From Candidatus Aphodosoma sp. (GTDB lineage: Bacteria; Bacteroidota; Bacteroidia; Bacteroidales; Paludibacteraceae): DNA of 37,610 nt. The stretch spans positions 1-37,610 of the forward strand of contig JAZRCE010000014.1 of assembly GCA_045635445.1 (NCBI GenBank), written 5' to 3'. Made by a program: the position numbers and the translations under genes. Under the pieces are notes generated by a model. It was given only the letters and a program-made list of their open reading frames with translations, did no database searches and was not told the DNA's origin. This document shows positions 20,694 through 29,540 of the stretch, piece by piece. The first letter of the stretch is position 1; the number at the start of each line of letters is the position of its first letter.

Positions 20694-22361
20694 ATGACAG
20701 ACTTAGAAATTGCTCAAGCAGCACAACCAGAAAAAATTAAACATATAGCAGCAAAGATTGGATTATCCCCTGAAGATATTGAATACTATGGTCCATATAA
20801 ATGCAAGGTTCGTCTTAATTCAATAGATGAACGTTTTAACAAACAAGGTAAAGTTATTTTAGTTACAGCTATTAATCCCACGCCAGCAGGAGAAGGAAAA
20901 TCGACAGTAACAATTGGTCTTACAGATGCAATGAATCGATTAGGTCATCAAACTCTAGTTGCACTACGCGAACCATCACTTGGTCCTGTAATGGGGGTTA
21001 AAGGAGGTGCTGCTGGGGGCGGCTATGCACAAGTGATACCTATGGAAGATATAAATCTGCATTTCACAGGTGATTTACATGCTATTACAACGGCAAATAA
21101 TCTTGTCGCAGCACTTATTGATAATCATATTTATCAAGGAAATCAACTAAATATCAATCCCACTCGCATTGTTTGGCATCGTTGCATGGACATGAATGAT
21201 CGCTCTTTACGCAATATAACAATAGGACTTGGTGGTCCTTTGCAAGGTATTCCTCGTGAGGATCATTTCGATATCACAGTTGCGTCTGAGATTATGGCAA
21301 TTATGTGCTTAGCTCGAGACATGGAAGATTTCAAGGAAAAACTTGGCAAATGTGTTATTGCTTATCGCTATGATAAAAGTCCAATTACAATAGCAGACCT
21401 TAACTGCGCTGGTGCGGTAGCAATGATTATGAGAGATGCAATTAAGCCTAATATGGTACAAACTCTTGAGGGAAATCCTGCATTCATACATGGTGGCCCA
21501 TTTGCTAATATAGCCCATGGATGTAACTCTATTATTGCGACTCAAATAGCTCGCAAATTAGCTGATTATGTCGTAACAGAAGCTGGCTTTGGAGCAGATT
21601 TAGGCGCAGAAAAATTTATGGACATAAAAGCTAGATATGCTGGTTTTGCCCCTAGTTGTGTTGTTATTGTTGCTACAATCCGAGCTCTTAAAATGCACGG
21701 AGGAGTTACCAAAACTGATTTAGGCAAAGAAAATATTGACGCATTATTACAAGGCATTGAAAATCTGAACAAACACATTGAAAATGTGAAAAAATTTGGA
21801 GTTCCTTATGTTATTGCTGTAAATCGATTTATAAATGACACAGATGACGAAATTAACACCTTACTCAATTGGGCAGAAGCTAATTGTCATGAAATAAGTC
21901 TAACCGAAGTATGGGCAAAAGGAGGGGAAGGTGGTGAAGATTTGGCTCATAAAGTTATTCGAAAAATAGAACAAAATGATGGTTGTTCTCATTTTCATCA
22001 CCTATATGATATTAATTTACCTATAAAAGAGAAATTAAATATTATAGCAAAAGAGATTTATGGTGCTGATGCTGTAGAATACTCCCCTACCGCCAACAAG
22101 CAAATTAAAACTTTTGAAGAAAATGGGTGGGATAAGTTGCCTATTTGTGTTGCTAAAACTCAATATTCTTTATCGGATAATGCTAAGTTACTAGGTCGCC
22201 CCCATGGATTTGTTGTCACAGTTCGTGAATTTAAACCTTCTATTGGAGCTGGTTTTATTGTTGCACTTATGGGCGACATTATGACAATGCCCGGATTACC
22301 AAAATCACCAGCTGCAGGTGCAATGGATGTTATTGATGATAAAATTATTGGTCTATTCTAA
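20694..22361 (+). CDS. fhs: Formate--tetrahydrofolate ligase
   Basis: 555 aa. '[14 protein letters not shown]', '[23 protein letters not shown]' and '[12 protein letters not shown]' are diagnostic FTHFS motifs. Confidence 0.95.
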   Translation: MTDLEIAQAAQPEKIKHIAAKIGLSPEDIEYYGPYKCKVRLNSIDERFNKQGKVILVTAINPTPAGEGKSTVTIGLTDAMNRLGHQTLVALREPSLGPVMGVKGGAAGGGYAQVIPMEDINLHFTGDLHAITTANNLVAALIDNHIYQGNQLNINPTRIVWHRCMDMNDRSLRNITIGLGGPLQGIPREDHFDITVASEIMAIMCLARDMEDFKEKLGKCVIAYRYDKSPITIADLNCAGAVAMIMRDAIKPNMVQTLEGNPAFIHGGPFANIAHGCNSIIATQIARKLADYVVTEAGFGADLGAEKFMDIKARYAGFAPSCVVIVATIRALKMHGGVTKTDLGKENIDALLQGIENLNKHIENVKKFGVPYVIAVNRFINDTDDEINTLLNWAEANCHEISLTEVWAKGGEGGEDLAHKVIRKIEQNDGCSHFHHLYDINLPIKEKLNIIAKEIYGADAVEYSPTANKQIKTFEENGWDKLPICVAKTQYSLSDNAKLLGRPHGFVVTVREFKPSIGAGFIVALMGDIMTMPGLPKSPAAGAMDVIDDKIIGLF

Positions 22362-22365
22362 TATA

Positions 22366-22398
22366 AATAATGCATACTATAGTATGCATTATTTTTTT
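22366..22398 (+). terminator. Rho-independent terminator of fhs
   Basis: 13-bp perfect palindrome aataatgcatact/agtatgcattatt followed by a T-run. Confidence 0.7.
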
Positions 22399-22421
22399 AT
22401 AATAAATTAATATTTAGCAAT

Positions 22422-22463
22422 AAAAAAAAGACAGATAATTCACATGTAATTATCTGTCTTTTT
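22422..22463 (-). terminator. Terminator of the tRNA-Tyr/tRNA-Gly operon (hairpin flanked by A/T runs, potentially bidirectional)
   Basis: Stem aaagacagataatt / aattatctgtcttt with A-run and T-run flanks, directly 3' of tRNA-Gly on the minus strand. Confidence 0.65.
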
Positions 22464-22464
22464 G

Positions 22465-22537
22465 AGCGGAAGACGGGGCTCAAACCCGCGACCCTCAGCT
22501 TGGAAGGCTAATGCTCTATCAACTGAGCTACTTCCGC
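22465..22537 (-). tRNA. tRNA-Gly (anticodon TCC)
   Basis: The reverse complement folds as acceptor GCGGAAG, D arm GCTC-AGTTGATA-GAGC, anticodon arm TTAGC-CTTCCAA-GCTGA and T arm GCGGG-TTTGAGC-CCCGT. Confidence 0.9.
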
Positions 22538-22626
22538 AATTTTTTTTTCAAGATTTTGCAAGATTTCTGTTAGACTCTCGTTTACCACAAAAATTCCGCT
22601 TATCCGAAAATTTGAACTTTCGTTCG

Positions 22627-22709
22627 TGGGCAGTGATGGATTCGAACCACCGAAGTCGAAAGACAGCTGAGTTACAGTCAGCCCCATTTGGCCACTCTGG
22701 TAACTGCCC
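22627..22709 (-). tRNA. tRNA-Tyr (anticodon GTA), class II with a long variable arm
   Basis: The reverse complement gives acceptor GGGCAGT/ACTGCCC, anticodon arm GCTGA-CTGTAAC-TCAGC, a long variable arm and T arm GGTGG-TTCGAAT-CCATC. Confidence 0.9.
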
Positions 22710-22744
22710 ATTACCACAATCAGGTCATCCCCGAATTGCGAGTG

Positions 22745-22776
22745 CAAAGTTACAACAATTATTTGATATTACCAAA
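22745..22776 (-). promoter_or_regulatory. Promoter of the tRNA-Tyr/Gly operon (-7 TAACTTTG, -33 TTTG)
   Basis: Minus-strand TAACTTTG (22745-22752) and TTTG (22773-22776) with a 20-nt spacer. The -33 element lies inside the last codons of ribH. Confidence 0.55.
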
Positions 22777-23259
22777 TATTTTTACCATTTTTAACGCAGT
22801 AACTGCACCTTCTATACCTTTATTACCTAAACAGCCACCTGCTCTATCGGTTGCCTGCTGCATTGTAAGTGTAGTTAACACACTGAATATCACAGGACAT
22901 ACAGCCTCCGCATTGATCTGTGTGATACCTTGAGTTACACCTTGACAAACATAATCAAAATGTGGTGTATCACCTTGAATTACGCATCCAATCACGATAA
23001 TTGAAGCATATTTTCCGGTTTTTTGGAGTTTTGAAGCGGCAAAAGTGAGTTCAAAAGTTCCTGGAACATGGAAAATTTCGACATTTTCTTCGGAAATTCC
23101 ATTAGAAATGAATGTTTCTACTGCTCCATCACAAAGGGCGTGAGTTACGTTGTCGTTCCAATCGGCAACAACAATTGCAAATTTTTTACCTGCTAATTCT
23201 TCTGCTGTTGGCAAAGTGTTAGCATCGTATTCTGAAAGATTATGATATTTTGTAGCCAT
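22759..23259 (-). CDS. ribH: 6,7-dimethyl-8-ribityllumazine synthase
   Basis: 166 aa. 'FAIVVADWNDNVT', 'VPGTFELTFAA' and 'VIGCVIQGDTPHFDYVCQ' match the lumazine synthase signature. Confidence 0.95.
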   Translation of the reverse strand: MATKYHNLSEYDANTLPTAEELAGKKFAIVVADWNDNVTHALCDGAVETFISNGISEENVEIFHVPGTFELTFAASKLQKTGKYASIIVIGCVIQGDTPHFDYVCQGVTQGITQINAEAVCPVIFSVLTTLTMQQATDRAGGCLGNKGIEGAVTALKMVKIFGNIK

Positions 23260-23301
23260 TTGAAAATTATAATTAAAAACTTAAATTTCTCTTGTTTTAT
23301 A

Positions 23302-23332
23302 AGAAAAAGGGACGACTCAATTGTCATCCCTT
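23302..23332 (-). terminator. Possible terminator/attenuator hairpin between the TPR gene and ribH
   Basis: Minus-strand stem aagggatgac / gtcgtccctt (one mismatch) followed by TTTTT. Confidence 0.4.
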
Positions 23333-23360
23333 CTATATCATCAATAAAATTTATTCAAAA

Positions 23361-24044
23361 TTATTTGTTAGCTTGGCAACGTTCAATGCGTTTGTCCATC
23401 TCCATTGCAAGTTGAGAATCAAAATATACGTCTTTGATTGTTTGATAGCATTTTTCAGCACTAGCCCATTCTCCCAAAGATTCGTAAGCGATACCTGCTT
23501 TATTGAGAGCTCGAGGAGCAGTAAGTTTATTTTCAATTGCTCCTGCTTTTTCAAAATATACAACTGCTGATTTCACATCTCCGTTTGCAACATAGCAATC
23601 GCCAATCAAAGTGATTGCAGCAGGTTCCATATTAACAGAAGATGTTGTAAAATCGTTCAAATAAGAAATTGCTGCATCATAGTTGCCTAATTTGTATTCA
23701 CAAACACCAGCATAGAAAGTGGCAAGATTTGAAGATTCAGTGATACCATAGTTATCTATAATTTCGATGAAACCTTCGTTCACACCATCACCATTAAGTG
23801 CTAAGGCAAAAGAATCGCGTTCAAAATAGCGAATAGCAGCTTCCATTTTATCTGCAGCTTCGATGTTTTTAGGACCTACATAACCATTAAAAAACCATAC
23901 TATTGCAGCAGCAACAACTGCAACGATTACTAACCCCCACACCAATTTTTTGCGGTTGTTTTCAATAAATTGTTCTGTTTTAGAGAGTGCTTGTTCTACA
24001 TTTTGCAACTCATCTGGTTCTTGTTGAATGTTTTTGTTTGACAT
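23361..24044 (-). CDS. Membrane-anchored tetratricopeptide-repeat protein (YfgM-like architecture)
   Basis: 227 aa with one N-terminal TM ('LVWGLVIVAVVAAAIVWFF') followed by TPR-like repeats. Confidence 0.7.
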   Translation of the reverse strand: MSNKNIQQEPDELQNVEQALSKTEQFIENNRKKLVWGLVIVAVVAAAIVWFFNGYVGPKNIEAADKMEAAIRYFERDSFALALNGDGVNEGFIEIIDNYGITESSNLATFYAGVCEYKLGNYDAAISYLNDFTTSSVNMEPAAITLIGDCYVANGDVKSAVVYFEKAGAIENKLTAPRALNKAGIAYESLGEWASAEKCYQTIKDVYFDSQLAMEMDKRIERCQANK

Positions 24045-24106
24045 AATTATATTCTGTTTTTTGTTATTATTTCATAAGTTAAATAGTGCCTCCACAATTT
24101 AGTGTG

Positions 24107-24114
24107 CAAAGTTA
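24107..24114 (-). promoter_or_regulatory. Possible -7 promoter box (TAACTTTG) for the TPR-ribH unit
   Basis: The reverse complement of caaagtta matches TAnnTTTG, 62 nt upstream of the ATG at 24044. Confidence 0.45.
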
Positions 24115-24462
24115 CAAAAAAAAGTTGAATTTTTAGCCCTATTATATATCTTTTTTTATAATAATCGTTGTTTTAGTTATATGGCAAAGAAAAAGACAAA
24201 AGTTATGTGAGATATTTTACCTTCTTTCCTCCTTTTTTTTATGTTTTATAATAACATAAAATACCGCCATTTTCAGAGAGTCTAAATAACAACTTGGTTC
24301 CTCTTTGCTTTATTCGAATTTTCTAAATCAACCCTCCTGTAAATAGAATAGTTAGAATAATTAATACAAAATTTTAACCCAATAATTATTCTATCTATTT
24401 TAAGTACTAATTTTCAAATTCACAAAAATGAATCTTTCAATTGTAAAATTAAAAAAATATAG

Positions 24463-24470
24463 TAACTTTG
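24463..24470 (+). promoter_or_regulatory. -7 promoter box (TAACTTTG) for the SGNH/MBOAT operon
   Basis: TAACTTTG overlaps the TTG 'start' given in the ORF track, so translation most likely begins at ATG 24513. Confidence 0.5.
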
Positions 24471-24512
24471 CGGTTGAATAAAAATATAATACATAGGTAT
24501 CAACTTATTTTT

Positions 24513-25358
24513 ATGCGAAAGTTGCTATGGCTATATACTAAATTGATAGCTCTGCTATTAATACCAATTTTATTTATTATTCTATATTCTAAGAGTAATC
24601 TCTCAATTTCTACTCCTCTTTTTGCTTTGGAAAAAGTTACATTATCCAATGTAGAGGATAACCTTTTCTCAGTGCCGAAATCATCTATTTCGACTCAAAA
24701 TAATACTGCTGATGATCCTATATTAATAGATTCGTTACTACAAGATTCGTGTGTAAATACAACATCATCTACTGAAGTAATAACAATAGATACTACAAAA
24801 CAACGGGTATTACTTATAGGTGATTCTATGGTAGAAGGTTTACAATTGCGCATGTCTGATTATGCTAATGAAAATGGTTACGATTTGATGGCTGTAATCT
24901 GGTATAGCAGTAACACAAATTGGTTCTCTAAGAGTGATACTTTGCGCTATTTTATGAAGAAACACAATCCTGATTTTGTGATGATTTCTTTAGGTGGAAA
25001 TGAACAGTTTGTTCGTGACTTGGATAAGCGAGCTAATTATGTGCGTAATATTGTTAACAAAATAGGAGACATTCCTTTTGTATGGATAGGCACCCCAACT
25101 TGGCGAGGTAATACTAACTTTAATGACACAGTACGTAATATAGTTGGAGATAAGCGTTTTTTTGTAAGTTCTAGATTGAATTTGAAACGTTGTAGCGATA
25201 ATGCTCACCCAACATTGGCAGCTGCATCTGATTGGATGGATAGCATAGCAATATGGATGTCTAGTCCCGAAACTGCTCATCCAATTCGCATGAATATTCC
25301 TACTGAAAAACGCAAACGAGTTCATAAAACAGTTATGTTAAAACCTCATTTTCCATAG
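24513..25358 (+). CDS. Membrane-anchored SGNH/GDSL-type hydrolase/acyltransferase
   Basis: N-terminal TM. SGNH blocks: 'LLIGDSMVEG' (Ser), 'ISLGGNE' (Gly), 'GTPTW' and 'DNAHPT' (Asp-x-x-His). Start moved from TTG 24468 to ATG 24513. Confidence 0.7.
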   Translation: MRKLLWLYTKLIALLLIPILFIILYSKSNLSISTPLFALEKVTLSNVEDNLFSVPKSSISTQNNTADDPILIDSLLQDSCVNTTSSTEVITIDTTKQRVLLIGDSMVEGLQLRMSDYANENGYDLMAVIWYSSNTNWFSKSDTLRYFMKKHNPDFVMISLGGNEQFVRDLDKRANYVRNIVNKIGDIPFVWIGTPTWRGNTNFNDTVRNIVGDKRFFVSSRLNLKRCSDNAHPTLAAASDWMDSIAIWMSSPETAHPIRMNIPTEKRKRVHKTVMLKPHFP

Positions 25359-25363
25359 CACTA

Positions 25364-26791
25364 ATGAATATTATTTCAATTTCTTTTGGGTTAGTCTTTT
25401 GCTTTTTTCTATTCGGTTTTGCGGTGCTCCGAGGAGCAAGTAGAACGGGGTTGATGGTCTATGTGGTTATCGCTAGTTTGTTGTTTTTCTATTTGACTAA
25501 TGGACTATTAATGTGGTTATTGCCTATTACAGGCCTTATTTCATGGAGCATATCACGTATATTACTACATGCAAAACGCTTACGTAAACTATGGTTAGTC
25601 ATAGGAGTAATTATTGATTTAATTCCGCTAATTTATTATAAATATATTAATTTCGGTATTGAAATAATCAATTCCATTTTTTCAACTAATTTCTCCTTAC
25701 TCTCAATTGCACTACCAATAGGTATATCGTTTTATACATTTCAGGCTATTAGTCATCTCGTAGATGTATATAGAGGTCACTTCCGGATAAAGGTTAATCT
25801 TTTGGAATATGGATTCTACCTTAGCTTCTTTCCACTACTATTAGCAGGTCCAATAACACGAGCAGAAACATTGATACCACAAATTCGCAGGCATGAATCA
25901 TCTGGGAAATGGTCAATGCCAGTGAGTACTCGTATGATATATATGGGACTTTGGTTAATCTTATTAGGTCTGCTAAAAAAATCAGTAATAGCCGATTATA
26001 TTGCACAATATAATAATTGGATTTTTGAAGATCCAGTCTCTTTTTCTGGGTTTGAAAATTTGATGGGAATTTTAGGATATACTGTGCAGATATATTGCGA
26101 TTTTTCGGGGTATAGCGACCTCAGTATTGGTATGGCAGCAATTATGGGTATTCGATTGCCAGACAACTTCAATATACCTTATCAATCAAAAAATGTAACG
26201 GAGTTCTGGCATCGTTGGCATATATCGCTGTCAACATGGTTTAGAGATTATGTATATATCCCATTAGGAGGGAATCGCAAAGGTAAATTGCGCACCTATT
26301 TGAATAATTTGACAACAATGTTGATAGCAGGACTATGGCATGGTGCAACATGGATGTTTGTTATTTGGGGAGGAATGCATGGTATTGCTTTGATCATTCA
26401 TAAATTAAACCAGTTTTGGCTACGTAAAATACCGAATAAATGGTATGTTATTTTCTTAAGTTGGATGCTGACTTTTACATTTGTAAATATTACTTTTGTA
26501 TTCTTTCGTGCTACAGATATGAAAACAGCATGGGCAATACTGCAACAAGCGACATTTAGTATGGATTGGGCATATATATGGCCATTTATCACAGCTAGAC
26601 CAACTTGGACTATTATGGTATTGCTAGTATTACTAATGCATATAGTACCAATGCGCATATATAGTCGTTTACAAACAAGATTTATTTGTTCTCCTTGGTA
26701 TGTGAAATTAATAATTGTAATCACCGTTTTTCAACTAGTAGTACAGTTTCATACTAGTAATGTGCAACCATTTATTTATTCCCAATTCTAA
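25364..26791 (+). CDS. MBOAT-family membrane-bound O-acyltransferase (AlgI/DltB/PatA-like)
   Basis: 475 aa, polytopic. 'FWHRWHISLSTWFRDYVYIPLGGNR' and 'GLWHGA' are the MBOAT signature with the conserved His. Confidence 0.9.
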   Translation: MNIISISFGLVFCFFLFGFAVLRGASRTGLMVYVVIASLLFFYLTNGLLMWLLPITGLISWSISRILLHAKRLRKLWLVIGVIIDLIPLIYYKYINFGIEIINSIFSTNFSLLSIALPIGISFYTFQAISHLVDVYRGHFRIKVNLLEYGFYLSFFPLLLAGPITRAETLIPQIRRHESSGKWSMPVSTRMIYMGLWLILLGLLKKSVIADYIAQYNNWIFEDPVSFSGFENLMGILGYTVQIYCDFSGYSDLSIGMAAIMGIRLPDNFNIPYQSKNVTEFWHRWHISLSTWFRDYVYIPLGGNRKGKLRTYLNNLTTMLIAGLWHGATWMFVIWGGMHGIALIIHKLNQFWLRKIPNKWYVIFLSWMLTFTFVNITFVFFRATDMKTAWAILQQATFSMDWAYIWPFITARPTWTIMVLLVLLMHIVPMRIYSRLQTRFICSPWYVKLIIVITVFQLVVQFHTSNVQPFIYSQF

Positions 26792-26841
26792 AAATTCTCA
26801 TCTTAGTAAAACAAAAAAATAAGTTTACTCAAACCATTTTT

Positions 26842-26876
26842 AGAACCTCAAAGATCTTTGAGGTTCTTTGTTTATT
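26842..26876 (+). terminator. Rho-independent terminator after the MBOAT gene
   Basis: Perfect 12-bp stem agaacctcaaag / ctttgaggttct followed by a T-rich tail. Confidence 0.8.
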
Positions 26877-26920
26877 TAATTAAACAGCAGAAACCTTAAT
26901 AAGTTTTTTTGAGTAAATAT

Positions 26921-26951
26921 TTTGTAGATTGGAAATTTATATGTATTTTTG
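26921..26951 (+). promoter_or_regulatory. Promoter (-33 TTTG, -7 TATTTTTG) of the CYTH operon
   Basis: TTTG at 26921-26924 and TATTTTTG at 26944-26951 with a 19-nt spacer. It lies inside the TTG-started track ORF, which supports ATG 26974 as the true start. Confidence 0.55.
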
Positions 26952-26973
26952 CAGATTAAGATTTTTTGACAAT

Positions 26974-27441
26974 ATGATAGAAATTGAACGTAAATATTTA
27001 GTTATAAATGAACATTATAAGAGTGGCACTCCAATCCGCATTTCACAGGGTTATATCTGTAGTGAGGAGGATCGTGTGGTACGAGTTCGCATAAAAGGTG
27101 ACAAGGCTTATATCACAATAAAAAATGCTACTATTGGTTTTGCCAGGAATGAATATGAGTATGAAATTCCTATTGCAGATGCCGAATCTATGCTAAGTAA
27201 TACATGCCAACAACCGATAATTGACAAGACGCGTTATGTATTAGAGCATAATGGTTTTATATGGGAAGTTGATGAATTTCATGGTGATAACGCAGGTCTT
27301 GTTGTAGCAGAAATTGAACTTAAAGATAAGAACACTAAATTCGACTTACCTGATTTTGTCGGTAAGGAGGTTACTGGTGATGCGCGTTACTATAATGCAT
27401 GTTTGTTTAAGAACCCCTATAAAATATGGAATAAAAAGTGA
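26974..27441 (+). CDS. CYTH-domain protein (triphosphate tunnel metalloenzyme)
   Basis: Starts 'MIEIERKYLV' (the canonical CYTH ExExK motif). 'VVRVRIKGDKAYITIK' and 'WEVDEFHGDNAGLVVAEIEL' are also typical. Confidence 0.85.
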   Translation: MIEIERKYLVINEHYKSGTPIRISQGYICSEEDRVVRVRIKGDKAYITIKNATIGFARNEYEYEIPIADAESMLSNTCQQPIIDKTRYVLEHNGFIWEVDEFHGDNAGLVVAEIELKDKNTKFDLPDFVGKEVTGDARYYNACLFKNPYKIWNKK

Positions 27442-27474
27442 AATTTAGGAATGAAATTAAATTATACTTATAAT

Positions 27475-28572
27475 ATGAAAAAAATTTTATTATTTACAAT
27501 TGTAATTACTTTATTTGTGGCTTGTGCACCTAAGAGTGATATTAATGGTTCGATTACTGATGCAGAGGGTAAAACTATTTATTTAGAGCATACTGGTTTG
27601 ACTACTACTCTAATATTGGATTCGATGAAACTAGATACTAAAGGAGAATTTGATTTTTCGATAGAAACGCCTCAATATCCCGATTTTTATCGTATTCGTT
27701 TAGAAAATCAATTTATTGTTTTTACTTTGGATTCAACAACTAGGAGTATTAACATTATGGCATCAGCTAAAGATTTTAATAATGCAACTATTACAGGTTC
27801 GGATGCATCAAAAGAAATTCAACGTCTTCGCAATTCAAATTTTGCATTACAACGTGCTGCAATAGATGGAGATACAACAAAAGTTGCACAAATGCTGACT
27901 TCACACAAACGTTTGGCACAAGAAATTGTATTAGCCAATCCGCGTTCAGCTGCAGCTTATTATGCTATAAACCAAACTTTAAAAGGTGCATATTATATGA
28001 CTCCTTATAACAAAGAAGATCTTCCGTTTTGGAATGCTGTGGCTACGGCTTGGGATTTACACTATACTAATTATGAGCGCGCTAAGGAATTGAAACAATC
28101 AGTCCTTTTGGCAATAGGTCAACAGAAAGTTGCACAAATATCAGCGAATGAGATAATTGAAAATATTACAGAAGAGGGTTTTATTGATATTGTATTACCC
28201 AATAGAATTGGCGAAACGACTAAATTATCAGCATTGGTTGGAGATGTCATTCTTATTGATTTTTCTGCATATGCAATGGAACAATCATCAGCTCACACAT
28301 TGTTTTTGAGAGAATTATATACAACTTACAACGAATTAGGTTTAGAAATCTTCCAAGTATCACTAGATGCAGACAAATTGTTGTGGCTTGAGCAAACTAG
28401 TAATATTCCTTGGGTGTGCGTAAGAGATGAGGCGTCGGCGCAATCGAGATACCTTATTACGTATAATGTAACAGAATTACCTACTTTCTATCTTATGGAT
28501 AGGGAGGGTAATATCATTGGTCGTTACAACTACGATAATGTAGAAAAAGAGATAAACCGACTCACAAGATAA
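27475..28572 (+). CDS. Lipoprotein with DUF4369-like N-terminal and TlpA/thioredoxin-like C-terminal domain, apparently lacking the CxxC motif
   Basis: Lipobox 'LFVAC' after ATG 27475 (alternative ATG at 27451). 'INGSITDAEGKTIYLE' is DUF4369-like. Thioredoxin-fold landmarks are 'VILIDFSA...' and 'LPTFYLMDREGNII', but 'YAMEQSS' sits where WCxxC is expected. Confidence 0.65.
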   Translation: MKKILLFTIVITLFVACAPKSDINGSITDAEGKTIYLEHTGLTTTLILDSMKLDTKGEFDFSIETPQYPDFYRIRLENQFIVFTLDSTTRSINIMASAKDFNNATITGSDASKEIQRLRNSNFALQRAAIDGDTTKVAQMLTSHKRLAQEIVLANPRSAAAYYAINQTLKGAYYMTPYNKEDLPFWNAVATAWDLHYTNYERAKELKQSVLLAIGQQKVAQISANEIIENITEEGFIDIVLPNRIGETTKLSALVGDVILIDFSAYAMEQSSAHTLFLRELYTTYNELGLEIFQVSLDADKLLWLEQTSNIPWVCVRDEASAQSRYLITYNVTELPTFYLMDREGNIIGRYNYDNVEKEINRLTR

Positions 28573-28578
28573 TTTTTT

Positions 28579-29502
28579 ATGCTTGAACACTCTACTCTTG
28601 AGTCGCTATTCTCAACATATTTCGATGCTTGGGGAGTAGCTCGTATCGAGTCAATTGATAATGAAATTACACACCTAAAAAAATGGCTCTCGCATAATTA
28701 TCATGGAGATATGCAATATTTGACGAGAAACATTGACTTAAGAGCTAATCCATGTGAGTTGCTACCAGGTGCTAAATCAATGATTATGGTGTTGATGAAC
28801 TACTACCCACATAAATGGCAATTAGACAATTCACCTCGCATTGCGGCATATGCCTATGGAAATGATTATCATCATATTGTAAAATCAAAACTAACGCAGA
28901 TAGCAGAAGAGATAAACAATCTAATACCACATAAATATTCTGTATTCTGCGATTCAGCACCTGTGATGGAACGCGTTTGGGCTTCAAAAGCTGGATTGGG
29001 ATGGATTGGTCGAAACGGAATGCTTGTAAATCCTAAACTTGGTACATTCACGTTTATTGGCACACTTATTACTACATTGGAATTAGAGTCTAGCACCCCT
29101 ATGGAAAATCATTGTGGTACGTGCAAAAGATGCATTGAAGCGTGTCCTACGAACGCAATACATAAAAATAAAACCATTGACGCACGCCGTTGTCTCTCTT
29201 ATCAAACTATTGAGAAGCATGGCGACATGGATGAAGAATTGTTTGACTTAGCGGGAAATACACTATATGGCTGCGACCGGTGTCAATTGGTTTGCCCATG
29301 GAATAGATTTGCAAAACCACACAATCATCCTGAACTTATGCCCATCGATGGTATATTCGAAATTGATTGGTCTACAATTTCCAGATCGGAATTTAACAAA
29401 CATCTAAAATTCAGTCCTATGCAACGCGCTGGACTAAAAAAAATAAAGTCGCGCTATAACCAAATAATCAAAGATAACAAATTAAACCCCGAACACCTAT
29501 AA
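28579..29502 (+). CDS. queG: Epoxyqueuosine reductase
   Basis: 307 aa. 4Fe-4S motifs 'CGTCKRCIEACPTNAI' and 'CDRCQLVCPWN'. 'GLGWIGRNGMLVN' is typical of QueG. Confidence 0.9.
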   Translation: MLEHSTLESLFSTYFDAWGVARIESIDNEITHLKKWLSHNYHGDMQYLTRNIDLRANPCELLPGAKSMIMVLMNYYPHKWQLDNSPRIAAYAYGNDYHHIVKSKLTQIAEEINNLIPHKYSVFCDSAPVMERVWASKAGLGWIGRNGMLVNPKLGTFTFIGTLITTLELESSTPMENHCGTCKRCIEACPTNAIHKNKTIDARRCLSYQTIEKHGDMDEELFDLAGNTLYGCDRCQLVCPWNRFAKPHNHPELMPIDGIFEIDWSTISRSEFNKHLKFSPMQRAGLKKIKSRYNQIIKDNKLNPEHL

Positions 29503-29512
29503 ACCATCAGTA

Positions 29513-29540
29513 ATCTGTAATCTACTATCTGTTATCTACT
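29513..29540. repeat. Tandem 14-bp direct repeat (atctgtaatctact / atctgttatctact)
   Basis: Two adjacent copies with 13/14 identity, ending exactly at the ATG of the symporter gene. Confidence 0.85.

Noticed and set aside
22462-22933. Track ORFs 22462-22794(+), 22508-22747(-) and 22688-22933(+)
   Set aside because: They overlap two well-folding tRNA genes and the ribH 3' end. They show no protein-like features and are spurious.
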